Shown here piece by piece: positions 12,838 through 26,259 of a DNA stretch of 64,000 bases. The DNA lies in assembly GCF_009914755.1 (NCBI RefSeq), contig NC_060936.1; one strand, written 5' to 3'. The position numbers were made by a program, and so were the translations under genes. Within the stretch, counting starts at the first letter, position 1. Every line of letters begins with the position of its first letter. The notes below the pieces were generated by a model, which saw nothing but the letters and a program-made list of their open reading frames with translations, made no database searches and was not told the origin of the DNA. The stretch comes from the human T2T-CHM13v2.0 reference genome, Homo sapiens.

Positions 12838-13165
12838 TGTGTTAGTCCGTTTTCATGCGGCTGATGAAGACATACCTGAGACTGGGAAGAAAAAGAGGTT
12901 TAATGGACTCACAGTTCCACATGGCTGGGGAGGCCTCACGATCATGGCAGAAGGCGATGAGGGAATGAGGCAGAGGCGAAAGCGGAAAACCCCTTATAAA
13001 ACCATCAGATTTCATAAGACTTTTTCACTACCATGAGAACGGTATGGGGGAAACCGCCTCCGTGATTCAGTTATCGCCCACTGGGTCTCTCCCACAACAC
13101 CTGCGAATTATGGGAAAACAACTCAAGATGAGATTTGGGTGGGGACACAGAGCCAAACCATATCA
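12838..13165 (-). mobile_element. THE1 (THE1C-like) solo LTR
   Basis: TG...CA ends, THE1 consensus motifs, perfect 5-bp TSD gtggg (12833-12837 / 13166-13170). Confidence 0.9.
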
Positions 13166-13610
13166 GTGGGTGACCCATCCAAAGGGCATCCACCTGCTCT
13201 ACGGCCCTCGAGATGAGGAGTTAACAACCGTTTCTCCTGGTAATGATAGATGCAGGGAGGCGGAGTGGGGACATGGGTCCTGCTGCCTGGGCTCAGTGGG
13301 GTTTGCCTCCTGTCCCCAGCTGTGTGCAGAGCCACTTCCTGCGGCCTCCAAGCAAGTGCTGCATGCATTGTCAGCCTCTGTGTGGAGCAAGGCCGTGGCT
13401 CCGGATGCCACCAGTGCCTCCTTCTGTGGAGCTCCTTTGTAACTGTCCTGTTCTCCCTCTTGGGCTCTCCCTTGTTCCAGTGTCCCCTCCTTAAGGAGAG
13501 CTGCCCTTCATTTTCCTGTTTGCAGCCTGGTACCATCTGTAGCTGTTGACACCCGTGCTCCCTCCAGCTGCTCAGCTTCCAGGGCTGGAGCTGTGAAAGT
13601 GGCATGAGGG

Positions 13611-13666
13611 TCATCATATCATACCATATCATATCATGTCATGTCATGTCGTGTCATGTCATGTCA
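13611..13666 (+). repeat. (CATAT)n/(CATGT)n pentanucleotide repeat
   Basis: Read directly from the sequence. Confidence 0.85.
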
Positions 13667-13699
13667 GTCTCTCCCCAGCGTGGCTGACTTGCACAGTTA

Positions 13700-13850
13700 T
13701 TCGTCTCCTAACAAAGACTGAGCTTTAGGAGAGGAAGGCCCATGACTGTTTGGTTCACATCTGCAAATCCAGGCCCCAGTGTCCTGCCTGGCCCAGGGCA
13801 GGGCCTCAGAAGATGTTATTGGGGTGAACGAGTGGGAATCAGAAGGATGT
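13700..13850 (+). mobile_element. L2 3' fragment
   Basis: tgtttggttcacatctgcaaatccaggccccagtgtcctgcctggccca...ctcagaagatgttatt resembles the L2 3' end. Confidence 0.5.
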
Positions 13851-13919
13851 TGGGCAAGGAGAGGACAGTGGGCTGGCCTAGGCTGTGTGCAAGTCCTCGA
13901 AGCAAACCAAACCAAAGCA

Positions 13920-14392
13920 ACAAATGACTGAGTCAAGCCTCCATTGATTTTGAGGTTTATTTTACCAAGGCTGAGGATGTACCTGGGAAAAGGAAACACA
14001 AGTTACAGTAGGATCTGCACCTGTGCTTTTCCCAAAGCGGGCTTTGAGTACCTCAGTGTTTAAAAGGGAAAGAGCGGGCGGGAGGGGAAGGAGGAAAGGA
14101 AAGAAAAAGGGAAAAGAGTATGCAATGAGGCAGGGGTCACATTCTTTGGAGGCTTTGGTTAGTGCTCACCAAATCTACATTTTACATGTGAAAGCAGGGG
14201 TAGAGGAACAGTCAACTATGCATTCTTAGTGTGCTCAGTAAATCTGCGTTTTACACAAGATAAAGCAAACAGGTGAAATCACAGCTGTTGAGTAACAAGA
14301 AGGAGGCAGTTTTTGCATGACTCAGTTTCCCAAACTTAACTTTGCTTTTGGGATAGTGAGTTTGGGGTCCTGAGATTCTATTTGCCTTCCAC
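13920..14392 (-). mobile_element. MER4-group ERV1 LTR
   Basis: Minus strand begins tgtggaaggcaaatagaatctcaggaccccaaactcactat...gagtcatgcaaaaactgcctcc. Confidence 0.75.
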
Positions 14393-16109
14393 AGGGAGCC
14401 CTCTGAGAACTCAGTCATTTTATGACCAGCAGCCTGAGAGTGTGGGGTAGGGACGGCTGGAGAACTAGAATATCACAGTCATCAGCACTGGGGAAAATTC
14501 CAGAAGGTCTGAGACCTCTGCAGAGGGAACAAGTCCAGGTCGGCTCTTGGTGGACAGGGGAGGATTTGGTAATACTCATTTTTAAAAATAAGGCCAGTGA
14601 GCCTTTCTGTACCATGTCACAGGCCAGAGAACATCTTGTGGCTAAAAGGGGAAAAGAACGTATTATTCTGTTATCAGAGAGTCAAACTAAATGCTAATCC
14701 TACAGACTGTCTCCTTTTTCCTGGTATTGTGACTTTATCATCATACCTTGGTCTTTACTGAGTAGGGGATGCTGGAGGAAACAGAGGCTGAGTTTATGAT
14801 GCAGAAAGGTTAGAAATTGTTCTTAGGGTGTTAACCAACACTCCTGAGGCTGGTGACCTGCCTGGAGTCAAGGACATACAAAGTCAATCCCAACAGGTCC
14901 AGGGGATTAAGGTGAGGAGAAGGATCGGGGACCTGGGTTTGCTTTCTTCTTTCTTTTGATATTTATCTACTTTGAGGAGGCCAACTTCTTTTATATTGTG
15001 ACTTATTCTTCCTTTGAATTATGTGATCTCTTTCTGTTGGTGGATCCCGAAAGCAACCACCCTATAAAACATTTACAGGCCAACAACACCATGACTGAGA
15101 AAGGACACTTTGCACATCGATCACCATCATAAATGGCCCTGAAGGCTGGCAGGCCAGGGACAGGATTTGCCAAGAGGGCAGATTTTCTCTTGCTTTTTTA
15201 AAAAAATAAACAACAAGGTTTGCTTGTCTCTCTGCCCTGCATCTCTTTCCGGGCTAAGACCTCTCAAGCCCGCACCTAGAACGGCGGGTCTGATTTGACT
15301 TCACCCCCTGCATTTTGTAAATTCTGGTAGCCTGCCGTCTAGAAGACTCTCCTCACATTTTCTGCATCGCTGGAGCTGGTTGGCAGCAAAAGCAAAGCTC
15401 TCTGGCTTCCGTCCCACTTCCATCAGATGGACATGAACCTGGTAAACCGCAGTTCCCACTGAGTTACCAGAGAGGAAATAAGCCAAAATTGTCTCACTTT
15501 CCCTGGAGGGCTTCCCCAGGCAGGATCAAAGGCCCTTGGCAGGCTCTGGGATGCTGGGAGGGGAAGCACCTCAGATGGGCGTGGATCACAGGGCAGCCTC
15601 GCCTGGCGAGTGGCAGATGGAACCTTCTCTTAGTGCCCTATGCCTGCTGCTCATTGCTTCCCAGACTGGAGATGGCCTGCAATGCGATGCTGTGTGCCGC
15701 TCACCCACCGATGTCCACGTTGCTTTCCAGTAACTCCATGTTACATTTCTCCTGGCTGATAGCTGTTCCCTTCCAGGTCCTGCTGGAGGACCTCCTCCTT
15801 GATGAGCTGGCAGGCATGGAGTGGTTGGGTGCACCATGGAAAGAGCAGGCATGCAGGGCTGGCCCTGGCATTTGGGTGGGCCCAGGGATTTCTGCAATTG
15901 ATTTGTGGATGAGTCGAGAAAGTACCTGGATTCAGCCACGCTGCAGTCCCAAGTAGGAGCTCTGTCTGGAGTACACCTCTGCACTGTCTGCAGCCCCCAT
16001 CCATGAATGCAGCTGCTGTCATTCGGCCAGCAGGTATTTTCAGGCACCTTCCATAAACCAGACACTTATTAAGCCCTGGGTAGCTGACATTCTGGGGAAG
16101 GAGTGAGAA

Positions 16110-16680
16110 GTTAGGGAGCAATCAACAAAACCACTCTCACTTCTGACACCATTTCAAGTTTAGGGAGTTCCCAAACCATCGTTAGGTTTGACAGTTCTCC
16201 ATAGAGGGATTCACAGAACTCACCAAAAACTGTCGTATCCCTGGTTCCAGTTCCTTACTAAGAGGGACATAGATTGAAGCCATCTAAGGGAAGAAGCATG
16301 TGGGGCAGAGTCCAAGACGACACCAAATGCAGGGCTTCTGGGTGTCTTGCCCTGTGGAGCCACAGACAGTGTCACTTTCCTGGCCTTGTATCACAACACA
16401 CCTGGAGCATTACAACCAGATGCTCACCTGAACCTTGGGGTCCTGTCTCTCCTGGGGCCCCACCACCTAAGTGTGGTGGATATTCTACACAGCTGACCTC
16501 TGTCCCCAGCCCCAGGAGGTGGAGTGGATAGTGTATGGCCCGCACCCCACCCCAAGGTGCAATGTTGGTGAGGAGCAGAGGCCCCACTCTGCATCCTACT
16601 GCTACAGTCTGGCTGGCCCAGGGCCTCCTAGTGAACAAAGATACTCCTGCAGGCTCAGAGCTGCCTTTCAGGAGCCTAGA
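16110..16680. mobile_element. MER77/MER68-like ERVL LTR
   Basis: cactctcacttctgacacc...ggattcacagaactcacc...agggaagaagcatgtggggcagagtcca. Confidence 0.6.
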
Positions 16681-19029
16681 GGCTGGTGCACCTGTCCTTT
16701 GGGTCACTGTCCCCATATGGTTGTATCTGCCAAGACCACCTCAGGCCCAGTCCCTCTCTGGCCTGACACTCCCAAGGGCTGCTGTGTCGGTCCAAGCACA
16801 ACCCAAGGCCCCTCGAGCTCCGCCCCTGTCGGCCACAGGCACTTTCCTACCGCACTGCCAGTTTTTTTTTTCTTTTTCTTTTTAAGGTATGTCATTATTC
16901 CTTAGAAAGCAAAATAAAGCTCAAAAATCATAACAATTAAAAAGATAGACAAAGAGACGCCTTGCTTCCCTTCCTGGGCCTCTCCATCTCAGCGCCCACC
17001 CCCACATCCCCGTGCACCTGCTCCTGGAAGAGCCACTTGCATTTGTTTCTTGTATCTCCTTCTAATCTTTCTTTATACAAATATAAGCAAGTATGATAAT
17101 ATTTTCTTGTTTTTACCTCTTTTCTTGTGCAAAAGTAACCACTCTGTATGTCCTGTTTTGCTCCATTTTCCCCCTAACAATATGTCCTGGAGTTTTTTCC
17201 ATATCAGTATATCCATTCTCTCAGCTTTTTCATTGCCACATAGTATTCCACCGAGTAGAGCTTCCAGAATCTATTTCACCAGGCAAGAGAACCTGGGTGT
17301 TTCCCAAATGTCTGTTATTAAAAAGAATGCTTCCAAAACATGTTTGAAGTAATGCTTCAACAGATAGCCTTGTGGATATGCTGTTGGGTATGGGTAGAGT
17401 TAGCTGTGGGGTAAATTCTGTAAAGCTCTGCAAGTAGGCAGAGGAGAGCTGCTGGATCACAGGGAAAAATTGTCTGTCATTTGGAAGGACTTTGTTGAAT
17501 TTGCCGCTGTGAAGTGGCACTGTTCCGCACCCACCAACATGAGAGAGAGCCTGTTCCCCACACTGCAGCGAGAAGGTGTGTTTGGTGCAACTTTTGGATT
17601 TCCCACACCTCGCTTTTTGAAAACTTGAAGCCACACACACAAAACAAGAAAATTTAAAGCCAAGAATGTGTGACTTTCCACGCTCTCAATCTGAGTTCAT
17701 GCGACAGACGTATATATGGAACATAGATCTCAGCCAGGGGGTACAGCAACACCGCTGTCCGTGTAAAGCTGACCTTCCGGTGGGGGAAGCACGTGACACT
17801 GTTTGGATGGATGATATGCCGGGAGGGAGAGGTGCTGTGAGGAGAAGCAGCTCAGAAGAGGGGAAGACAGAAGAAAGCAGAGGGGAGCAGGGTTAGATGC
17901 AGTTGCCAGAATGGACCCTCTGGGGAGGGGACATGATACAGAGATCTGCTTGAAGGAAGGGAGGGAGCCACCTGCTCACAGGGGAAGGACTGCTTCGGGC
18001 ACATCAAGCAGAAACATCCTGAAGTGGGAAGGTCCATGGCTGCGGGGTGTCAGTATGGAATAACCTCCTCTGCCTCCCCCTCCTCCAGCCCCCAAGTATA
18101 GGGGAAGAGTCAGGAGACAAGCTGTGCCAGGAATGAAAATCACCTTGGTTAATATGCCGAGATATAATCTCATTACGTACTCTAACACAGAAACCAGTCT
18201 TAATTCCTTTGCCCTGCCCTCGTCAGGGAGAAAGGAATAATCCACAGTGGACGCTTTCTGCAGGGACACTTCTTGCCTTCTGGCAGAGTCTTAGCCATGG
18301 GGCCCTCCCATCTTGGACGATCTTTTACTTAGTTAACAAGCAGTGAGATGTGCGTGAGAGGGAAAGCATCCTGGCTCTTTCAGGCTTAACTGTGACATCT
18401 GCAATTAAAATGGAGATTTTGCTCCTTGAGAAGAGGGGGAAAGCTGATTAGGAAAGATGTCAGGTATAAAAATGAGATGTAGGCACTAGAGAGATTTCTT
18501 TTTACTGAAGAATTGTCTAGGGGCTATGAGGACTTTTCCTTTAATTGAACAAATACTTTCAGACAAAGTGTCTGGCAAAGTCCTCACATGCACGATCAGC
18601 AGGGTATGGTCCAGGATACAGAATTATCCAGGCCTCCTTGCAGCTGACCAAAAAGTGATCAAGACGGAGCCTGTTCCAAGGACAGGCAGCCCCAGCCTCC
18701 AAGAATAGCTGAACCTGCAACAAGACAGACCGTAGGGAGGGTGGCATCGCCTCTTGGCTGGTCTGAGTTAGCTTTGCCATTCCTTGTGTTTTGAGGCTCC
18801 AATGCTTGCCAGGCGGAATTACTGCACAGCAGGGTAGTCAGAAATCCCAGCAGCCTGTCCAGCTCCTCGAGGAATCAAATCCCTTTCTTGTGAACAAAAG
18901 TGCTGTACTTACAATGCTAAAGAAAGCATCACAATCCAAGTTGGCGGCACCCCTGAAGCCCAAACACCAGAAACATTTATGAAAGAATTTTGTAAGTGGA
19001 TAGTTCAAAAGAACTCAAAGCAGTAAGCT

Positions 19030-19225
19030 TGGAGGGAAACATGTTTCTCTTTCTACTTAGCAAGCACTCAGAGAGCTCACACTCTGTGCTAAGCACCTTC
19101 CCGATACGGTCTCCTTCAGTCTTCCTAACACAGCTAAACACAGGTGCTATTATTCTCTCCACTTTAAAATAAAGAAATTGAATCATAGAGAGTGAGTAAT
19201 TTGCCCAAGGCCAGATACTGGACTT
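19030..19225 (-). mobile_element. MIR
   Basis: tgtgctaagcacc...gagtaatttgcccaaggcca. Confidence 0.6.
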
Positions 19226-19541
19226 TCTTACATTTATTTCATTATCTCTTTTTATTCTGATGTTCATATGTCTGGAATGTGGTGGGAGGTGGTGGTGGCA
19301 GGCGGGGTGGGGGGGCGACGCAATTTGTTCAGTGTTTGGGACTTCCAAAGTTGTGATTTGACCCCAGATGCAAAGTCTTCACCCTAAAGAAGAGTTGATA
19401 TGTTGTTTATCAGCTGTGACGGAGACCTCTGTGAACAGCAAGAAGTGACCATAATGGAACCCAAGAGTGAGAATTCTCTCTACACCCTTGCAAAGACGAG
19501 GCATTCACCTTGACCTTGACCACAGATGGCACAGATTTGCC

Positions 19542-19690
19542 ACTCATTTGACACGTATTTACTGAGCTGTCTTAGGCACTGGAAACTGGAGGTGTAGTAG
19601 TGAACACAGCAGACAACATTCCCAGCTCTACATTCTAGTGAGGAAACTCAGACAACTAACAAATAAATGAAACCTGTAAATACAGTGAGC
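19542..19690 (-). mobile_element. L2 3' fragment
   Basis: tatttactgagc...agtgaacacagcagaca...tacattctagtg. Confidence 0.55.
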
Positions 19691-20328
19691 AGACTATTGG
19701 CTGTTGATCCTGAGTCCCCGAACAATAAAACACAGTAAATAACTTCCTTGAGGCAAAACTACTTATGGTGTCTACAATGCTAAGAGTCTGGACACGGATA
19801 AAGCAAAGTTGTATAAGGCTTACCATGGAGATAACTCGATCCCTAGCATATTGGACAAGTTCCTGGTTAAAATCGAATAATCTTTCATAGTGGACTTCAT
19901 CGGTCAGCTAACCAGCAGCCATCATGAATCACGTTCTCCCCTACATGCTGGAGGTAGCCGTGTAACCTGTTTCTAGCCATTCAAATACACTGGGGACTTC
20001 TGATAGATGCATAAAGAGAGAGGTACACACAGATAGCTCTCCTGCATTGACAGGTCTGCACCCGTGTGACCTGCATTTACCCGTAATAATGGGAGGATGT
20101 GATAGCAGGAGCTGCGGCAGCCTTTCTGTGAGCATGAGTACTCTAGCCGAGGTGCAAAAGCCAGTGAGGATGGCCAAATACAAGAACTGGACGCACCTCT
20201 GTCCTTGAAATGCTAAGCAGCTGAACTAACGGTGGGATCACCTACTTTTGGGCTTCTGTTTAACAAAAAGTGAATGCTCTAGCCACCATTGATTCTGTTT
20301 TCTTTTATTTGCAGTTGAAAGTATCTTT

Positions 20329-20916
<588 letters not shown>

Positions 20917-21405
20917 TCACTGGATTTAAAAAATAATAAAATAAACACTAAGTACCCACAAAAAAACTTCAGGAAAATACTCATAACACCTTTATCCATA
21001 GGAGCCAAACACGAGACACAGTGAGAGTGCCCATCCACGGGAGGCTGGATAAACCTGTGGAACATTCTTCCGATGGGACAATTGGTGTGAGCACGACATG
21101 GCAGCTCTCACGTGCGTTAGGCTGGGTCAAGCAGGCATGCACCAAGGACTAAGCACTGTGTGATTCCACGTCCGAGGCGTTCCATAGCGGGCAACTTAAT
21201 TCATGGTGGAAGAACATCAGGACACAGGATGGCTCTAGGATTGGGGCTGGGAGGGACTGGGAAGCAAGGAAGAGGGAGCTTTCTGGGCTGATGGTTATGT
21301 TCGGTGCCGTGATAGGAGTTTAGGGTGCTGTCACAACTTTTACATTTTATTGTATGCAAATTTTACCTCCAAAGGAGGGAAAAAAAAACCTTAAAAAAAA
21401 GATTG

Positions 21406-21700
<295 letters not shown>

Positions 21701-21715
21701 TGTAAAGATTGAACT

Positions 21716-22273
<558 letters not shown>

Positions 22274-23488
22274 TTATACTTTAACACTTTGAAATGCATC
22301 CAAAAATAAGATTGATCCATGGATGGACAGATGGATGGAGAAGTGAATAGGTATATGATACAGCAAGTATAACAAAATGCTAATTATAGACTCTAGGTGG
22401 TAGGTCTATGGGTGTTCACTGTACAGTTTTAACTTCTCTGTGTATTGGAACTTTTCATAATAAATTTGGGGGTATCATTAATGTAAACATTGCAGACGTT
22501 GTTATTGGTAAAATTCTCCAAGCTTTACCCAGCAGCCATGTCCTGTCTTTGGTGAAGGTAGTTTTATGGAAATGAGATTTGGAGCTAGGAGGGTAGATGA
22601 GCCAGGATGGAGCTGCTCTTCATGGGATTGAGCTCTTTCTGCAAATCTTCGTGTAATGCCGGGGAGGAAGGCCTCAGACAGATCCAAAAGGGGACATGTC
22701 AGCTGCTAAATGAGCTTAGCCTCAAAGACCAGAATAGACCTGTAGAGCCAGGAACCTCAGGATTATGTTGCATTGAAAGTTTCAGCAAAGAGCATTGAAA
22801 TTCAGGTATAGCAGAAGTCCTCACCCTTAGGGGAAAGCATGGTTAAGCTCCAGCCTTTTCTCTTTTATTAGAATCGACATCTTATGTGGCACAAACAAAT
22901 ATATGCTGAAGGCTCTAGGGCTCGGCCCTGCGCTTTCTGGGCCCTGGTGGATAAAGCTTGCATTTTCTGGGCCACTGATTTATTTGTGCAGAAAATGAAA
23001 TAATGTGTGGACAATTAATGAGATGGAAATAGAAAGCACCTAGATATATATTCTAGGAGTCTTTTATTTTTGTCTGGAGTTGTTTTGCAATTAACCCACG
23101 AGTTTTATCAACAATAGCTTCGGAAGGGAGGAAAAGATGGAAAGTTCAGGCGGCGTCCTTGGAACACAGGTATCCATGCCATCATCACTTGCCCTGTGGC
23201 TTGCTGGTTTGGCATCCTCGTTCTTAGAGACTGAGGGTTGTTGTAGTTCAGAAGGAAGAAGGTACCTGGACAACAGAACGGGACCTGATGCCACACGTAG
23301 GGTCCATGATGAGACCTTTCCTCCTCTTTTCACTGGATCTAAAAAGTAATTACTGTATTTTAATTATGCAAACATTTCATGAAGATACCTTTTGTAAATT
23401 TTTAAAAGCATTCCATATAAAAGTAATACTTCTTTTGATCTTCAGCTTCAATCTAAACCGCCTACCCTATCCCCTTGAATTATCTATT

Positions 23489-23556
23489 GGTGTGTGAATG
23501 TGTGTGTGTGTGCATGTGTGTGCGTGTGTGTGTGTGGTGTGTGTGTGTGTGTGTAT
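23489..23556 (+). repeat. (TG)n microsatellite
   Basis: Read directly from the sequence. Confidence 0.9.
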
Positions 23557-23584
23557 GCACAGGGACACACCCTTATTTCAGAAG

Positions 23585-23815
23585 CAAAAGGCAAAAGACT
23601 GCATGGTTTGAATTCCAGCTTAGACACTTACTAGCCGTGCAGGAACTTGGGCAATTTACATAATCCTTTGTGTCTATTTCTCATTCTGTCACGTGGGAAT
23701 AATAGTACCACCCCCTGCCTTTGTGTTAAATGTGTATTAAATGTGTCAATATATTTACAGAACTTAGAAGGGTATTTGGTGTGGAGAGAGTGGACTCTAA
23801 GGATTTTATATTATT
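23585..23815 (+). mobile_element. MIR
   Basis: ggtttgaattccagct...cacttactagccgtg...ttgggcaatttacataa. Confidence 0.7.
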
Positions 23816-24049
23816 ATGTATAATTTACATGTTATACTTAAAGTGATAAATGTTTAGTATTTGTGTGGGGGTGTTAAACATAGAAGATACAGTATTTCAC
23901 ATCACTTTGCATTACTTAATTTTCCCCTCATCAGTACATCCTGGAGAACTTTCCACATTAGTACAGATACCTCTTCTGCCTCATTCTTCTTTACTGCTGC
24001 AGAGAATTCCAGACAAACTATGGATAAGGTAGCCATTCCCTGTTGAGAA

Positions 24050-24165
24050 GGTGACCACATTTTATTATCCAAACTGGGAATTTTTCAGAGTGAAAGAATG
24101 TGTTAGTAATAATTATTCCAAGACAGCAAGTGTAAACTAGGACTGTCCTGAATGAACCACGATAA
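24050..24165. mobile_element. MER94-like hAT fragment
   Basis: ggtgaccacattttattatccaaactggga...agagtgaaag...taataattattcc. Confidence 0.55.
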
Positions 24166-25317
24166 GTTGCATCCAGTTTTCATCCTTACAGTGAAGGCTG
24201 CTGTGCTAGACATTGTCCCTATATTTGTCCCTTCAAAGTCTTAAGATGGCTTCTACAGCTGCATTCATCACATCTTTACAAGGCATGTGTCCAGGCTAAA
24301 GGAAAAAATGGCCCTTCCTTATGTCCTTTAAGGTCAAGGAAATTATTTCCAGAATCTTACAGCCCCACGGACTAAGCCTTCCTTATTACTGGCCAAAACT
24401 GAAATCCATGTTTATTTCTAAATCCATCACTGGTAAGGGAAATGGAATTACAAGTCTGTTGTATTCTCATTAATACTTTTTCCCCTAGGGCTGGGGAAAG
24501 AGGCCAACCTCGCTAGAAGTCCTTGGCCAGTCAAAATCTGGGACTATTGACAAGGAAGAGTGAGGGGTTGGCAGTTAGTGAGACCCCTCGAGAGTCTGCC
24601 CTGCCAAGCCTCTACTGTAAGGTCCAGAAACCTCCTCCGATGTTGCCTGTGCGGCCCTGACTTCTGCTAGGTCTCTGCCCCTCTTTGTTTTCAATGTCTT
24701 GCCCCTGGTTACTTTCAGTAACCACCTAAAACACATGTTATTTCAAGCTCATTGGTTTTCTTCCTCAGACTCTGTTTATGATTAAATCTCTAGGACTTAA
24801 GCCCCTCTCATATCATTTAATTTGATCATGATCTGTTTAAACTCTCAGAGGAATGACCGTCACCCTCTGCCCTCGCCAACTTTAAAGTGACTTGCAAAGG
24901 CACATGCTGGGTTCCCCCAGACACCCTTTCCCCTCTTCAGTGCTCTCAGAAGCACAGATGTCATCTCAGAAGGCACCTCCTGACCAGCTCAGAGCCCTCG
25001 CTCAGCAGTCCACGTATCACCCCTGCATGCTCTTGGTCAGTGTGTCAGAGACTATAGATGTCTACCAACGTTTTCTTCTTTCTTTTTTGACAATGCAGAG
25101 ATTTTGGATTTTAGCTGGGCCCAGGACTACCCAGGATAAAGATTGTGTTTCCCTTTGAATGGATGTGAGCAAAAGAGATGTGTTTCTTTTATCAGATTAT
25201 GTCCTGAAAAGGTATAAATATGAACCCTTGGTTCACCCTTCCACTGGCTGGGAGACAGATGTAATGGCAGTCACTGCAGCAGCCACCTTAGACCCAGAGA
25301 TGGAAGATATGTATACC

Positions 25318-25947
25318 ACAGAATTTCTTAGCCTCAACACTGCTGACATTTTAGAACAAGATCATTCTTTGTTGGAGGGGACTGTCCTGTGCATCATAAG
25401 GTATCCAGCAGCATCTGTGGACTCTACCCACTAAAATGCAAGTAGCACATTCCCCAGTTGTGATTGTAAGAATTAAAGCAAGAGGAGAGAAACACAAAGG
25501 GTGGCTTGACAGTTAACAGGTTTATTTTAAACCTGGGAGAGACTTCTGACCTAGTTAGGTCTTTTACAGACTAAGAGTTTTTAAGGATTTAGGGTGGGAG
25601 AGTTTATTAGAGGCTTGGACTGCTTCTGTGTCTCTTTGTTGTGCTTCTCTGGGAGGGAGAGTTGTGTGTTTGCTCCCATGTTGTGTGTTTGTTCCCGTGT
25701 GTTTTCTTTGCAGCTGCAGGAACATCCCCTGAGTCTGCCTCTAGCTTCCCTATCTTAGTGCACCTGAAAGGAAAGGAATGTGCTTATTAAGGTGCACTCC
25801 CAGGTTTAAAATAAACCTGCTAACTGTCAAGCCACCCTTCGCGTTTCTCTCCTCTTTCTTTAATTCTTACACTGATCATCAAAAATATCTCCAGACATTG
25901 CCAAATATTCACTGCAAGATAAAAATCCCCCCTGTTGAGAACCACTG
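25318..25947 (+). mobile_element. MER20 (hAT-Charlie) split by an LTR19-like insertion
   Basis: 5' part ends ...ccccagttgtgat; 3' part resumes catcaaaaatatctccagacattgccaaat...gttgagaaccactg. Confidence 0.8.
25465..25871 (-). mobile_element. LTR19-like ERV1 LTR derivative with 75-bp terminal inverted repeats
   Basis: Body resembles the LTR19 3' half as I recall it. Both ends read tgtaagaattaaag inward. TSD gtgat/ctgat. Confidence 0.75.
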
Positions 25948-26026
25948 GCATGAAAGTTGGAGAGCAGCTCCACCATCCTCAAAGTGATTATCTCTGTTCT
26001 AAGAGACAGAAGGGAACACACATATT

Positions 26027-26087
26027 GTTATATATGCTGGTCAGGAAGTGGCTTCTGAGATGACATCTGTGCTTCTGTATATATGTG

Positions 26088-26124
<37 letters not shown>

Positions 26125-26259
26125 ATACACTTTAAGTTCTAGGTATACATGTGTCACGTTGGTTTGCTGCACCCATCAACTCATCATTTACATTAGGTAT
26201 TCCTCCTAATGCTATCCCTCCCCCAGCCCCCAGCCCCCCACCCCCCAACAGGCCCCGGT
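26027..26259 (-). mobile_element. 5'-truncated L1PA 3' end (~26125-26259) with microsatellite-converted tail
   Basis: ctttaagttctagg...cattaggtattcctcctaatgctatccctccccc...caggccccggt; TSD gggaacacacatatt at 26012-26026 and 26260-26274. Confidence 0.85.

Noticed and set aside
15489-16905. Overlapping 110-160 aa ORFs
   Set aside because: GC-rich or LTR-derived sequence, no recognisable domain, no convincing splice pairing
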